Positions 22,721-35,254 of a DNA stretch of 64,000 nucleotides are shown in pieces (the first letter of the stretch is position 1; every line of letters begins with the position of its first letter). Both the position numbers and the translations under genes were made by a program. Source of the stretch: Octopus sinensis (lineage: Eukaryota); contig NC_043025.1 of the NCBI RefSeq assembly GCF_006345805.1, positions 6,820,001 through 6,884,000 of the forward strand. Direction: 5' to 3'. The notes beneath the pieces are model-generated. The model was not told where the DNA came from. It did not search any database and saw only the letters and a program-made list of their open reading frames with translations.

Positions 22721-22935
22721 ATCAGAGTAAGTTTGGGCTTATGAAAGGAAAGCTTTACATTGCTCAGAACACATAAAAAAGGGGCTAACTAAGTGCACCT
22801 GAAAACAAGCATGGACATTTAGGATCCCCTTATGAAAATGCTTTGGACAAGCAAAGGGTAAAAGTCACAGATAGTCTCACTCTAAAGGCATATTTTGTAT
22901 GACATATTTCACCAATGTCATGCTAAAACTGTTTC

Positions 22936-23354
22936 GGATCTTTTCGGTTTGAACGGCAGTTTTTTAAGATAATTTCCACGTAACTAAAAAAAATTTTAAA
23001 CTTCGTATACTGGTAGAATGTGTTTATAAAACATCTTTTTTTCTCTTGGCTTTACTGAGAAAATTCTATAGTTTGTAAGATATTTGTTGTGTTTTTTTCT
23101 TCAAATTCTGCAATTTCAACCAATCAATGACGTCCATTGAGGTAAAAACCATTCTGTGCCATATGAATATGTCCCTCGTTTAAGAAACAGATTGGGTTTA
23201 TTTACATTTGTGAAGAAAAAAACGATACCCTCTCCCCCTAACCCTAACCCTAAAACAGATTGAAATGCAATAGATCGATACTAGGGTCATAATTATGGAT
23301 GACAATTTCATGTGACATCGCTAGAAAAAACTGCTGTTCAAACCGAAAAGATCC
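22936..23354. mobile_element. MITE with about 30-bp TIRs starting GGATC and an 8-bp TSD (Merlin- or hAT-like)
   Basis: TSD actgtttc at 22928-22935 and 23355-23362; TIRs ggatcttttcggtttgaacggcagtttttt / aaaaaactgctgttcaaaccgaaaagatcc. Confidence 0.85.
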
Positions 23355-23566
23355 ACTGTTTCTTCTGACCAAACTGCTTAATCTTTTGCCTGTCCTGTAT
23401 ATAACAGGACATATATCCCTGGTGTCCATGCATTATATGTAAAACACCTTGCTAGTTTTCCTCAACCACCAGAGTTAACTTAGGACTTAAGAAAGAAAAG
23501 CTTTTTATTGTTCAAAACGTTTGAAACAAAAAAATTAACTAAAAGTCTGGAAAAAAGCATGGATAT

Positions 23567-23794
23567 TTAACCCTTTAGTGTTCAGATTATTCTGTCAAAT
23601 GTGATATTTGTTTATTTATATTGCTTTGAATTAATCATGCATTATCTTGTAGTTTAGGGATTTCAGTGATGTTATTTTTTAGTTTTAGAATGACATGGCA
23701 GGGCTGAGGTGAGAGGCGAGATCTGGTCAGTTTCAATATAAAACAGGTTAAATATTTTGGCAGGATATGGCCGGTTTGAATGCTAAAGGGTTAA
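23567..23794. mobile_element. piggyBac-like MITE (TTAA-CCC...GGG-TTAA)
   Basis: ttaaccctttagtgttca ... tgaatgctaaagggttaa. Confidence 0.8.
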
Positions 23795-23994
23795 GACAGA
23801 ATTACGAAATGCTTCGGACACACAAGGGGTCAAAGTCACAGATAGTTATCCTATAAAGACTCATTTTGTATGATATACTTTGCCAGCGGCACACTAAAAG
23901 TGTCTCTTTTAACAGAACTGCTCAGCATTTTCCTTGTCCTGTGTACCATGTGAGAAATAGGACATACTTCTCTGGTGTCCATACATCATATATA

Positions 23995-24655
23995 TTGTGG
24001 AAGCACTCCGTCGGTTACAACGACGAGGGCTCCGGTTGATCCGAATCAACGGAACAGCCTGCTCGTGAAATTAACGTGCAAGTGGCTGAGCACTCCACAG
24101 ACACGTGCACCCTTAACGTAGTTCTCGGGGAGATTCAGTGTGACACAGAGAGTGACAAGGCCGGCCCTTTGAAATACAGGTACAACAGAAACAGGAAGTA
24201 AGAGTGAGAAAAAGTTGCGGTGAAAGAGTACAGCAGGGATCACCACCATCCCCTGCCGGAGCCTCGGATGGAAGCACTCAGTCGGTTACGATGACGAGGG
24301 TTCCAGTTGATCCGAATCAACGAAACAGCCTGCTCGTGAAATTAACGTGTAAGTGGCTGAGCACTCCACAGACACGTGCACCCTTAACGTAGTTCTCGGG
24401 GAGATTCAGTGTGACACAGAGAGTGACAAGGCTGGCCCTTTGAAATACAGGTACAACAGAAACAGGAAGTAAGAGTGAGAGAAAGTTGTTTTGAAAGAGT
24501 ACAGCAGGGACCACCACCATCCCCTGCCGGAGCCTCGTGGAGCTTTTTAGGTGTTTTCGCTCAATAAACACTCACAACACCCGGTCTGGGAATCGAAACT
24601 GCGATCCTACGACCGCGAGTCCGCTGCCCTAACCACTGGGCCATTGCGCCTCCAC
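23995..24655 (-). mobile_element. tRNA SINE (head B, tail X) with an internal tandem duplication of about 265 bp
   Basis: Head tggaggcgcaatggcccagtggttagg; TSD acatcatatata at 23983-23994 and 24656-24667. Confidence 0.85.
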
Positions 24656-24712
24656 ACATCATATATAATACATATTAGGGCATATTAAAAATCATAAATG
24701 AGCAAAACTTAC

Positions 24713-24746
24713 CAGAAAGAATTAACAAGAAGATATAGGAAACCAT
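24713..24746 (-). CDS. Gene B first coding exon: signal peptide
   Basis: ctacag|acatcATGG context; MVSYIFLLILS plus g|gtaagt donor (phase 1). Joins the 20825 exon to give MVSYIFLLILSGSILASGQPC. Confidence 0.85.
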
Positions 24747-25055
24747 GATGTCTGTAGATGAAGATCTTTGTCCTTCCTGCTTTCTCTCTGTCTCTTCTTC
24801 TTTCTTTATCTCTTTTTCTATCCTCCTCTTTCTGTCTCTTCTGTTATTCTTCCTCTCTGTCTCTCTACCTCTCTTTTTTCTCTCTCTGTACTTCTATGCT
24901 CTCTTTTTCTCTCTCTCCTTCTTTCCTACTATTTTTCTCTCTCTGTTTCCTCGTTTTCTTCTCGAATTCCTCTTCACTCTTTCTCCTCTCTCCTACTCTC
25001 TCTCCCCTCTATCTCTCAACCTCTCTTTCTCTCTCTTCTCCCTAATACAATTTAC

Positions 25056-25150
25056 CTATCCTACAGGTGTGTGCTTTCAAGATCTTATATATGGAACAAT
25101 CTCACTGCTTGCTGTTTGCTTGGACGCCTGTTTTGCACAGAAATAAAGGC
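25056..25150 (-). other. Candidate non-coding first exon of gene B
   Basis: Donor tag|gtaaat at 25055; lies just downstream of a TATA box. The start position is approximate. Confidence 0.5.
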
Positions 25151-25171
25151 CAATAGTTGGGTTGTGCAGCA

Positions 25172-25512
25172 TTTTATATAAAGGGGCACGCCCTCCCCCC
25201 ACACGGCCCCTTGTTGACCCAGCAGCAGCAGCAGTAGCACCACCACCACCACCACCACCACCACCACCACCCTCTCTCTGTATTGTGTCCATTGTCATTG
25301 CTGCAAAGATGAAAAGACTGACGAAGTCCTGACCCACACCACCGAGCCACCCTCCACTTCTTGTGGAGGGGAGCGGGCGTGGCAGGGGGATGCGAACAAG
25401 GAACTGTGGACATGAAGTGGGGGGGGGCGACGCTGGGTGGGGTGTGGTGGGGGAAGAGGGTTGAGCGGAGAGGGTGGAGGTTGAGGGGCGGGCGGGCGGG
25501 CGGGCGGGCGAA
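25172..25512 (-). promoter_or_regulatory. Candidate gene B promoter: TATA box and GC-box cluster
   Basis: TATATAAAA at 25180-25172 (-); tandem GGGCGG boxes at about 25487-25510 in a locally GC-rich segment. Confidence 0.5.
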
Positions 25513-25659
25513 GTACGGGCAGGGGGTGTGAGAAATGGGGTGACAAATATGCACAGGGGAGGAGGGGAGGGGGCAAGAAGTGAAAGGAAAAAAAACAGTT
25601 GTCGTCATCGTCGTTGTCATCACTGACGTTGTTGTCATTGTCGTCGCTATCGTCAGCAC

Positions 25660-26940
25660 CACATCACCACCACCACCATTACAATCATCACCACGACCAC
25701 GATGACTACCACCACTACCACTATCATCACACTGTCATCATCATTGTTCTACTCCACCTCCTCCCCATCATCATCATCATGATCATGATCATCACCACCA
25801 CCACCACCACCACCATCATCACCACCACCATCATCATCACCACCACCACCACCACCACCACCACCACCACCACCATCATCACCACCACCATCATCATCAC
25901 CACCACCACTACCACCACCACCACCACCACCATCATCATCACCACCACTACCACCATCACCATCATCACCACCACTACCACCACCACCATCATCATCATC
26001 ACCACCACTACCACCATCACCATCATCACCACCACTACCACCACCACCATCATCATCATCACACCACTACCACCATCACCATCATCACCACCACCACCAC
26101 CACCACTACCACCATCACATCATCACCCAACACCATCATCATCACCACCACCACTACCACCATCATCACCACCACCATCATCATCACCACCACCACTACC
26201 ACCACCACCACCACCACCATCATCACCACCACCACTACCATCATCACCATCATCACCACCACTACCATCACCACCACCACCACCATCTCATCACAACCAC
26301 CACCACTACCACCATCACCATCATCACCACCACTACCACCACCACCATCATCACCACCACCACTACCACCATCACCAATCATCACCACCACCACCACCAC
26401 TACCATCACCACCACCACCACCATCATCATCACCACCACCACTACCACCATTACCATCATCACCATCACCACCACCACCCCACCATCATCACCACCACCA
26501 CTACCACCATCACCATCATCACCACCACTACCACCACCACCATCATCATCACCACCACCACTACCACCATCACCATCATCACCACCACCACCACCACTAC
26601 CATCACCACCACCACCACCATCATCATCACCACCACCATCATCATCACCACCACCACCACCACTACCATCACCACCACCACCACCATCATCATCACCACC
26701 ACCACTACCACCATCACCATCATCACCACCACTACCACCACCACCATCATCATCACCACCACCACTACCACCATCACCATCATCACCACCACCACCACCA
26801 TCATCATCATCACCACCACCACTACCACCATCACCATCATCACCACCACCACCACCATCATCATCATCACCACCACTACCACCACCACCATCATCACCAC
26901 CACTACCACCACCACCATCATCATCATCACCACCACTATC
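25660..26940 (+). repeat. (CAC/CAT/TAC)n tract
   Basis: Seen directly. Confidence 0.95.
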
Positions 26941-27114
26941 ATCCTAGTCATTGTAGCTGTTGTCTTTGCTGTTTGTCCAAATCAATGAGAGATCAAAGGT
27001 GTTGGTGACGAAAGAATTGGGGTGGAGCACAGAATTTGCCAAAAGGGGGTGAAGACGAGGGGGTGGGATGTGGTGAGGTAGGGGTGGGATGAGGGAACTG
27101 TGTCGTCATTTGTG

Positions 27115-28127
27115 GCAGTGGTGGTGATGGTGGTGGTGGTGGTGATGTGGTGTGGGTGGGGTTGATGGTGGTGATTTGATGGGTGGATGGTGGTGGTGGT
27201 GGTGGTGGTGGTGGGTGGTGATGGTGGTGGTGGTGTGGTGGGTGGTGGTGGTGGTTGATGATGGTGATGGTGATGGTGGTGGTGGTGGTGGTGGTGTGGT
27301 GGTGGGGTGGTGGTGGTGATGGTGGTGATGGTGGTGGTGGTGGTGGTGGTGATGGTGATGGTGGTGGTGTGGTGGTGATGGTGGTGGTGGTGGTGATGTT
27401 GGTGGTGGTGGTGGGGTGGTGGTGGTGGTGGTGATGGTGGTGGTGGTGGTGGTGATGGTGGTGGTGGGGTGTGTGGTGGTGATGGTGATGGTGATGGTGG
27501 TGGTGGTGATGGTGGTGGTGGGGTTGGATTGGTGGTGGTGGTGGTGGTGGTGTATGGTGGTGGTTGGTGATGGTGGTGGTGGTGATGGTGGTGATGGTGG
27601 TGGTGGTGGTGGTGATGGTGTGGGGTGGTTGTGATGGTGGTGGTGGTGATGGTGGTGGTGGTGGGGTGGTGGTGGTGGTGGTGGTTGATGGTGGTGATGG
27701 TGGTGATGGTGGTGGTGGTGGTGGTGATGGTGGTGGTGGTGGTGGTGGTGAGTGGTGGGGTGGTGATGGTGGTGGTGGTGGTGGTGGTGGTGGTGGTGGT
27801 GGTGGTGGTGGTGGTGGTGATGATGGTGGTGATGGTGGTGATGGTGGTGGTGGTGGTGGTGATGGTGGTGGTGGTGGTGATGGTGGTGGTGGTGGTGATG
27901 GTGGTGGTGGTGGTGGTGGTGGTGATGGTGGTGGTGGTGGTGATGGTGGTGAGGGTGGGGGTGGGATGGTGGTGGTGGATGATGGTGGTGGTGGTGGTGG
28001 TGGTGGTGATGGTGGTGGTGGTGTGGTGGTGGTGGTGGTGGTGATGGTGGTGGTGGTGATGGTGGTGGTGGTGATGGTGGTGGTGGTGGTGGTGGTGATG
28101 GTGGTGGTGGTGGTGGTGGTGGTGGTG
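27115..28127 (+). repeat. (GGT/GAT)n tract, inverted relative to 25660-26940
   Basis: Seen directly. Confidence 0.95.
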
Positions 28128-28198
28128 AGGAGCAAGAAAAGTGCAAGGATTGGCAGACTGACCTTTTTTTTTGTGTGTTTGTTTGTTTTGTTTGTTTA

Positions 28199-28690
28199 CA
28201 GTGTGGCTGTGTGGTCAAAGACACTCGCTTTGGAGCCACTCGGATGTAAGTTCAATCCCATCACCCGGCACCTTGGGTGAGTGCCTTCTACTACAACCCT
28301 GGGTTGACCAATGCCTTGTGAGTGAATTTGGTAGATGAAAACTGTGTGGAAGCCTGCCATGTTTACAGTGTGCTGTGTGGTCAAAGACACTTGCTTTGCA
28401 GCCACTTGGATGTAAGTTCAATCCCATTGCATGGTACCTGGGTGAGTGGCTTCTGCTACAGCCCTGGGTTGACCAATGCCTTGTGAATGAATTTGGTAGA
28501 CGGAAACTGTGTGGAAGCCTGCCATGTTACAGTATGGCTGTGTAGTCAAAGAAGCTTCGCTTTGCAGCCACTTGGATGTAAGTTCAATCCCATTGCATGG
28601 TACCTGGGCGAGTGGCTTCGGCTACAGCCCTGGGTTGACCTATGCCTTATGAGTGAATTTGGTAGATGGAAACTGCGTGGAAGCCTGTGA
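28199..28690 (+). repeat. Three tandem copies (about 165 bp) of a diverged SINE 5' half
   Basis: Anchor ctgtgt(g/a)gtcaaag at 28207, 28373 and 28538. Confidence 0.85.
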
Positions 28691-28929
28691 TATACATACA
28701 TACGTTTTTCCTTTCACTTCCTGCCCTCTCCCCCTCTGTGAAGTAAGATGAAGTTAAGTACAGCATAACTTGGTCCATAGTAAGGCATGTGAAGCTATAC
28801 AATATAATTTCCAGGAGATGATGTCTCTGCCCCGAGGAATCCCTGTCTATTCTGTGGACCAATGAGAAGATAGCTAATAGAACTTCTGAAAAACTCTAAA
28901 GATGTCTACACACAAATAAACGTACAAAT

Positions 28930-29340
28930 AGGCACAGGAGTGGCTGTGTGGTAAGTAACTTGCTTACCAACTACATGGTTCCGGGTTCAGTCCCACTGCA
29001 GGGCACCTTGGGCAAGTGTCTTCTACTATAGCCTTGGGCTGACCAAAGCCTTGTGAGTGGATTTGGTAGACGGAAACTGAAAGAAGAACATCGTACATAA
29101 GTATATGTATATATATGTGTATGTGTGTGTGTTTGTGTGTCTGTGTTTGTCCCCCCAACATTGCTTGACAACCGATGCTGGTGTGTTTACGTCCCCGTAA
29201 CTTAGCAGTTTCGGCAAAAGAGACCGATAGAATAAGTACTGGGCTTACAAAAGAATAGGTCCTGAGGTTGATTTGCTCGACTAAAAGGCGGTGCTCCAGC
29301 ATGGCCGCAGTCAAATGACTGAAATAAGTAAAAGAGTAAT
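28930..29340 (+). mobile_element. CORE-like tRNA SINE, full length
   Basis: Same family as 1541-2150. Confidence 0.85.
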
Positions 29341-29399
29341 AATAATAATAATGATGATCATGATGATAATAATAATAATTATAATAGTAGTAATGATAA

Positions 29400-29875
29400 T
29401 TGGTATAAAAGATGGGCTACAGCAAATATTCTGCTCAATACCACAGATTTGCTTGTCAGTTGTTTGACCATAACCAGTTGAGCATGTCCCTTAGTGGCTG
29501 ACGATATGTGCATCTCTGATCACGAGCAGAAGTAGTGTGGGAGCATCTTAGCCATGTCTGGAGAGGGATTCTTTGGGGTTTGAATAGTTCACCTCTGGAA
29601 ACATGGGTGGATTTTTCTACATCCTTAAACAACCCTTATTCAGGGACCTTTTGAGCGGGATGGGCTACTCAACCTGAAGAAAATTCTAACTGGGCCCCAC
29701 CTGCAAGGTCATGCGCTGTTTATCTTGATATGAGATCACCATGTCGCGCACATATGGTTGTGATGTATGTGCCTAGTGTACCCTTATCAGATGGGCAGTC
29801 CGGATGGGTATACTGAGCTTCGTATATTTTACCCCAGTGTCACTTTGATGGCATGAACTGCTCTCTCACTCAATA
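29400..29875 (+). mobile_element. (AAT)n-tailed retroposon, same family as 8189-8690
   Basis: Reverse-complement homology; (AAT)n on both sides. Confidence 0.72.
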
Positions 29876-30361
29876 ATGATAATAATAATAATAATAATGA
29901 TAATAATAATAATGATAATGATGATAATTGAGAAATCCATATTATTAAGTAAGGGAAAGAAATCATCATTGAGGTCACCTTTGCTGTTGTTGTGGTTGTT
30001 GTTGTTGATGTTTACTCTTTTGATCAATAAAGTCCCACCCTTTTTGTGTGTTGTCTTTCGTCCTTTGATGTAGGTCCCAATGCTTTTGCGGGGGGGGGGG
30101 ATTATAAAAGGATCCACCATCATCATTACTCTTAACACTACTACTGCTACCACTACTACCACCACCACCACCACCACCACCACCACCACTACCACTGCCA
30201 CCACCTCTGCTATCATCTTTGTCTTCATCATCATCATCATTATCATGTTTCTTCTTCTTCTTCTTATTATTATTATTCTTATTATTATTATTATAATTTA
30301 TTACTATTATTATTATTATTATTATTATAATTTATTACTATTATTATTATTATTATTATTA

Positions 30362-30444
<83 letters not shown>

Positions 30445-30663
30445 GTTATTATTGTTATTCTTGTTCTGAGTTATGAAAGAATGTATATAAAAAAATGCGC
30501 GCGTGTGTGTGTATGTGTGTGCATGTAATTATGTGACTGAGGTGTGTGGAATGTGAAATTTCTATACATTATACATAAACATGTCTGTCCGTCTATATAT
30601 CTATATATGCATATATGTTTACCTGTCTTTCTAATGTGTGTATATATATACATACAAACATAC

Positions 30664-30712
<49 letters not shown>

Positions 30713-30810
30713 ATATAATACATATATCTATATATACATATATATATATATATACTATATATATATATATATATATATATACTATATATATATATATAAT
30801 ATATATATAC

Positions 30811-30865
<55 letters not shown>

Positions 30866-31357
30866 TATATATATATATATACATATATAATATATATATA
30901 TACATATACACACACACACACACATACATATCTACCATATCTGTTTTTTTAACATACATATATACATATATGTACACACTAATGCCATTGTGGACGTGAA
31001 CATTGCATAATAAGGACAGATGATGATAATGATGATGATGGTCAAATGCAAATATGGTTATTCAAAAGGAATTCAATTTTCAATAAAAGCGTGGAATTGG
31101 GGTAGATAATCAAATGTCATACATTTTGTTTTACTTAGTATGATGTATATGGCTATGTACATGTACATATATATATATATAATATATAGATATATATATA
31201 TATGTATATATTATATATCATCATCATCATTGTCTAACATCCGTTTCAGTGTGCTAGCATGGGTTGGACGGTTCAACCAGGGTCTGGGAAGCCAGAAGGC
31301 TGCACCAGGCTCCAGTCTGATCTGGCAGTGTTCTACGGCTATATATATATGTTTATA

Positions 31358-31435
<78 letters not shown>

Positions 31436-31438
<3 letters not shown>

Positions 31439-31826
31439 AAAATATTAGGGAATAAATCCAAACTTACAGGGAAAATCAGATTTAGGATTGAATCCAATTT
31501 TATAGTAAAATATTATATTATATTAAATTAGAGACAAAAAACCATATTATGCAAATCAAACAAAGAAAGACTTAATCCCATACATAATTAATTATATTAT
31601 TTAGAAATTTAACAATTATTAATATCCACTACGATCGTTTCATGTCTTCCTTTCATCACATCTTCTGAGTAGTAGACATTCTTCAGGTGGTTTCAAATAT
31701 TCTTGGCGAGTTTAACTATCGTAGTAGATATTAATAATTATTAAATTTCTAAATAATATAAATTAATTTTGTATTGGATTAAGTCTTTCTTTGTTTGATT
31801 TGCTAATAGTGGGTTTGTCTCTAATT

Positions 31827-31830
<4 letters not shown>
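31436..31830. mobile_element. Imperfect fold-back element of the 15040 family
   Basis: Arms about 31520-31640 and 31715-31830; extension 31436-31520 matches the reverse complement of 15365-15450. Confidence 0.75.
31626..31690 (-). ncRNA. Type-I hammerhead motif
   Basis: ccac-CTGAAGA-atgtc...gacat-GAAAC-gatc-GTA-gtgg. Confidence 0.72.
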
Positions 31831-31873
<43 letters not shown>

Positions 31874-31966
31874 ATATATATAGATATACATATATATAAT
31901 ATATATACATATATTATATATACACCTATAATTATATTATACATATATATATATACATATAGATAT

Positions 31967-32005
<39 letters not shown>

Positions 32006-32221
32006 CATATATATATACATATATATATGTATATATATATATACATATATATATACATATATATATGCAATATATATGTATATAATATACTATATATATG
32101 TATATATATATACATATATATAATATACATATTACGTATGTGTATATATAGATATAGATATATGTATATTATGTATATGTATATGCATATATATATATAT
32201 TTACAATATATACCATATATA

Positions 32222-32256
<35 letters not shown>

Positions 32257-32629
32257 ATATAGTACATATATATACATATATATATATATACATATAATAT
32301 ACATATATATATACATATATATCGATGATGATGATATATACATTATATATATACAATATATATATATAATATATATATACATATAATATACATATATATA
32401 TATACCATATATATATATATATATACATATATATATTACATATAATATATATATACATATTCTAATATATATTATACATATATATATATATAATATATAT
32501 ATACACACATATATATATATACACATATTATATACATTTATAATATATATAATACATATATATATATATATATATTACATATATATTATATATATATACA
32601 TATATGCATATACATATACATATATATAC

Positions 32630-32670
<41 letters not shown>

Positions 32671-33867
32671 ATATTTATTATTATATATATATATATAATA
32701 TATATATATAATTAATAAATATAATTAAATTTTTTCCCACTAGGCCGCTGGTGGCAAAAAAATTCTACAAAATTTTTTTTGCCACCCTATATTGATTAAT
32801 TATGAATTTTCTGGTTAATTCGTAATGGAATCAACGGCTTATATTTATTTGCTGCCGATAAATTTGGCGCGAGTGCGATGATTTGAAAATTTTAGGTCAG
32901 ATATAACTTGGCAGGGTCGGAAATGCCTCGTGAAAATATCTGTTCCGACTTGTGGCTATTTCTTACTGAGAATCTGAGGGCCTATGGAAGATTGGCTTGA
33001 TTTTAATTTAATCAGGTTAGTTTACCATTAAACAGCAGTGAAACGGTGCATCGTATAAGAAATTACAGGGTAAATGTTTTTTAAATTTTCTCCTGTTTAC
33101 GGAATTGACTTTTATTTGCGGTTGAAGCTTTGGCTGTTATTTCTAGTGGGTGAATGGCCTATTATGGCCGTTCCTTGATTGTTGATATATATATATATAT
33201 ATACATATATATATACACATACGTATATATATATACATACATACATATATATATATATGTATGCATGGTTGTTTTATTCTCATAAAATGTGCTCAGCAGT
33301 CCATGCTATGTGAGTGCAAATCCCAGGGGTTGTAAAAGTAGAGGTAGTGGTTGTAGTGTTCGCAGCAATAATAGTAATAGTAGTATCAGAGGTAACAATA
33401 GCGGTAGCAGCAACGGTAGCAGTAGTAGTAGTGGTGGTAGTAGTAGTAGTGGTGGTGGTGGTAGTAGTGGTGGTGGTGGTAGTAGTAGTGGTAGTAGTAG
33501 TAGTAGTGGTGGTAGTAGTAGTGGTGGTAGTAGTAGTGGTGGTGGTAGTAGTAGTGGTAGTAGTAGTAGTGGTGGTAGTAGTAGTAGTGGTGGTAGTAGT
33601 AGGGTGGTAGTAGTGGTGGTGGTAGTAGTAGTGGTAGTAGTAGTAGTAGTAGTGGTGGTAGTAGTAGTAGTAGTGGTGGTAGTAGTAGTGGTGGTGGTAG
33701 TAGTGGTAGTAGTAGTAGTAGAAGTAGTAGTAGTAGTAGTAGTGGTGGTAGTAGTAGTAGTGGTAGTAGTAGTAGTAGAAGTAGTAGTAGTAGTGGTAGT
33801 GGTGGTAGTAGTAGTAGTAGTAGTAGTGGTAGTAGTAGTAGTAGTAGAAGTAGTAGTGGTAGTAGTA

Positions 33868-33905
<38 letters not shown>

Positions 33906-33957
33906 AGTAGTAGTAGTAGTGGTAGTAGTAGTAGTAGTTGTTGTTGTTGTTGCTTAC

Positions 33958-34002
33958 CTATGTTTGAGCTGTTATCGCATAGGGCTCTGCTGATATGTGA
34001 AC
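33958..34002 (-). CDS. Candidate orphan 45-nt exon (phase 1-1)
   Basis: tttcaaatttctcacag| acceptor and ag|gtaagc donor. Only phase 1 is stop-free: (G)SHISRALCDNSSNI. It could be a UTR exon instead. Confidence 0.45.
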   Translation of the reverse strand, partial: VHISAEPYAITAQT

Positions 34003-34849
34003 CTGTGAGAAATTTGAAACTGGGGCCAACATTTTCCGCTTTCCCTAAATCTACCTTTGACATATGGCCCAAGCCTACACTTCTTCACATCTAGCCTGGG
34101 TTTACATTTCACACCTACCTACGATATGTGTATGTGTGTGTGTGTGTGTATCATCACCATCACCATCATCATCCGCATCATCATCATCAGCATAATCATC
34201 AGCATCACCACCACCACCAATATCATCATCATCATAATCATCATCATCGTCATCACCATCGCCATCACCATCGTCATCACCATCATCATAACCATCATCA
34301 TCATCATCATCTCCAGCATCATCATCATCACCGTCATCATCAGCATCACCACCACCACCACCAATATCATCATCATCGTCATCACCATCCTCTTTATCAT
34401 CATCATCATAACCATCATCTTCATCATCATCATCATAACCATCATCTTCATCATTATCATCATCACCATCATCATCATTATCATCAGCATCATCATTATC
34501 ATCATCGTCATTGTCATCATCATCACCATCAACATCATCATCATAAGCATCATCTTCATCATTATCATCAGCATCCAGCCATAGACGCTGAGGCTGAACA
34601 AGCAGTGGAGCCGAGTGCAGACTCTGGCCTTATCAGCTCTTGTCAAACTGTCCAACCCATGCCAGCATGGACAATGGACATTAAATAATGATGATATATA
34701 CACACACACACATATACATCATCTTCATTATCCTCATCATCGTTTAATGTCCATTTTCCATGCTGGCATGGGTTGGATGGTTTGACATGATGCTGGCCAG
34801 ACTCCAATTGCCTGTTATGGCCTGGTTTCGATGGCTGGATGCCCTTCCT

Positions 34850-35085
34850 AATACCTATTTCTTTATTACCCACAAGGGGCCAAACACAGAGGGGACAAAC
34901 AAGGACAGACATAGGTATTAAGTCGATTACATCGACCCCAGTGCATAACTGGTACTTAATTTATCGACCCCGAAAGGATGAAAGGCAAAGTCGACCTCAG
35001 CGGAATTTGAACTCACAACGTAACGGCAGACGAAATACGGCTACGCATTTCGCCCGACGTGCTAACGTTTCTGCCAGCTCGCCCT
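34850..35085 (-). mobile_element. Nin/Deu-like SINE
   Basis: Same family as 2271-2500. Confidence 0.82.
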
Positions 35086-35254
35086 TCCTAACACCAACCA
35101 CTGTACAGAGCATGTTGGGCGCTTTTTACATGCCACCAGCGTGGGTGTTCCTATGCAGCACCGGCATGGAAGCATTTCATGTGGTACCAGCACCTGTAGG
35201 GGACAAACAAACCTCTATGCATGGATGACAAGAATTTTACTCACTTTGGCATAT

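Noticed and set aside
24745-25181. Hydrophobic Leu/Ser/Phe ORFs resembling membrane proteins
   Set aside because: Translation of a (CT)-rich tract in the first intron of gene B.
25599-28280. 469-aa and about 380-aa His/Pro/Thr ORFs as histidine-rich structural proteins
   Set aside because: Pure trinucleotide repeats that are stop-free in most frames by composition; no signal peptide or splice support.
28815-28920. Possible plus-strand terminal exon (DDVSAPRNPCLFCGPMRR*) followed by AATAAA
   Set aside because: Weak acceptor, no recognisable domain and no upstream partner exon.
33289-34709. Gly/Ser-, poly-Val and poly-His ORFs
   Set aside because: (GTA/GGT)n and (CAT/CAC)n microsatellites.
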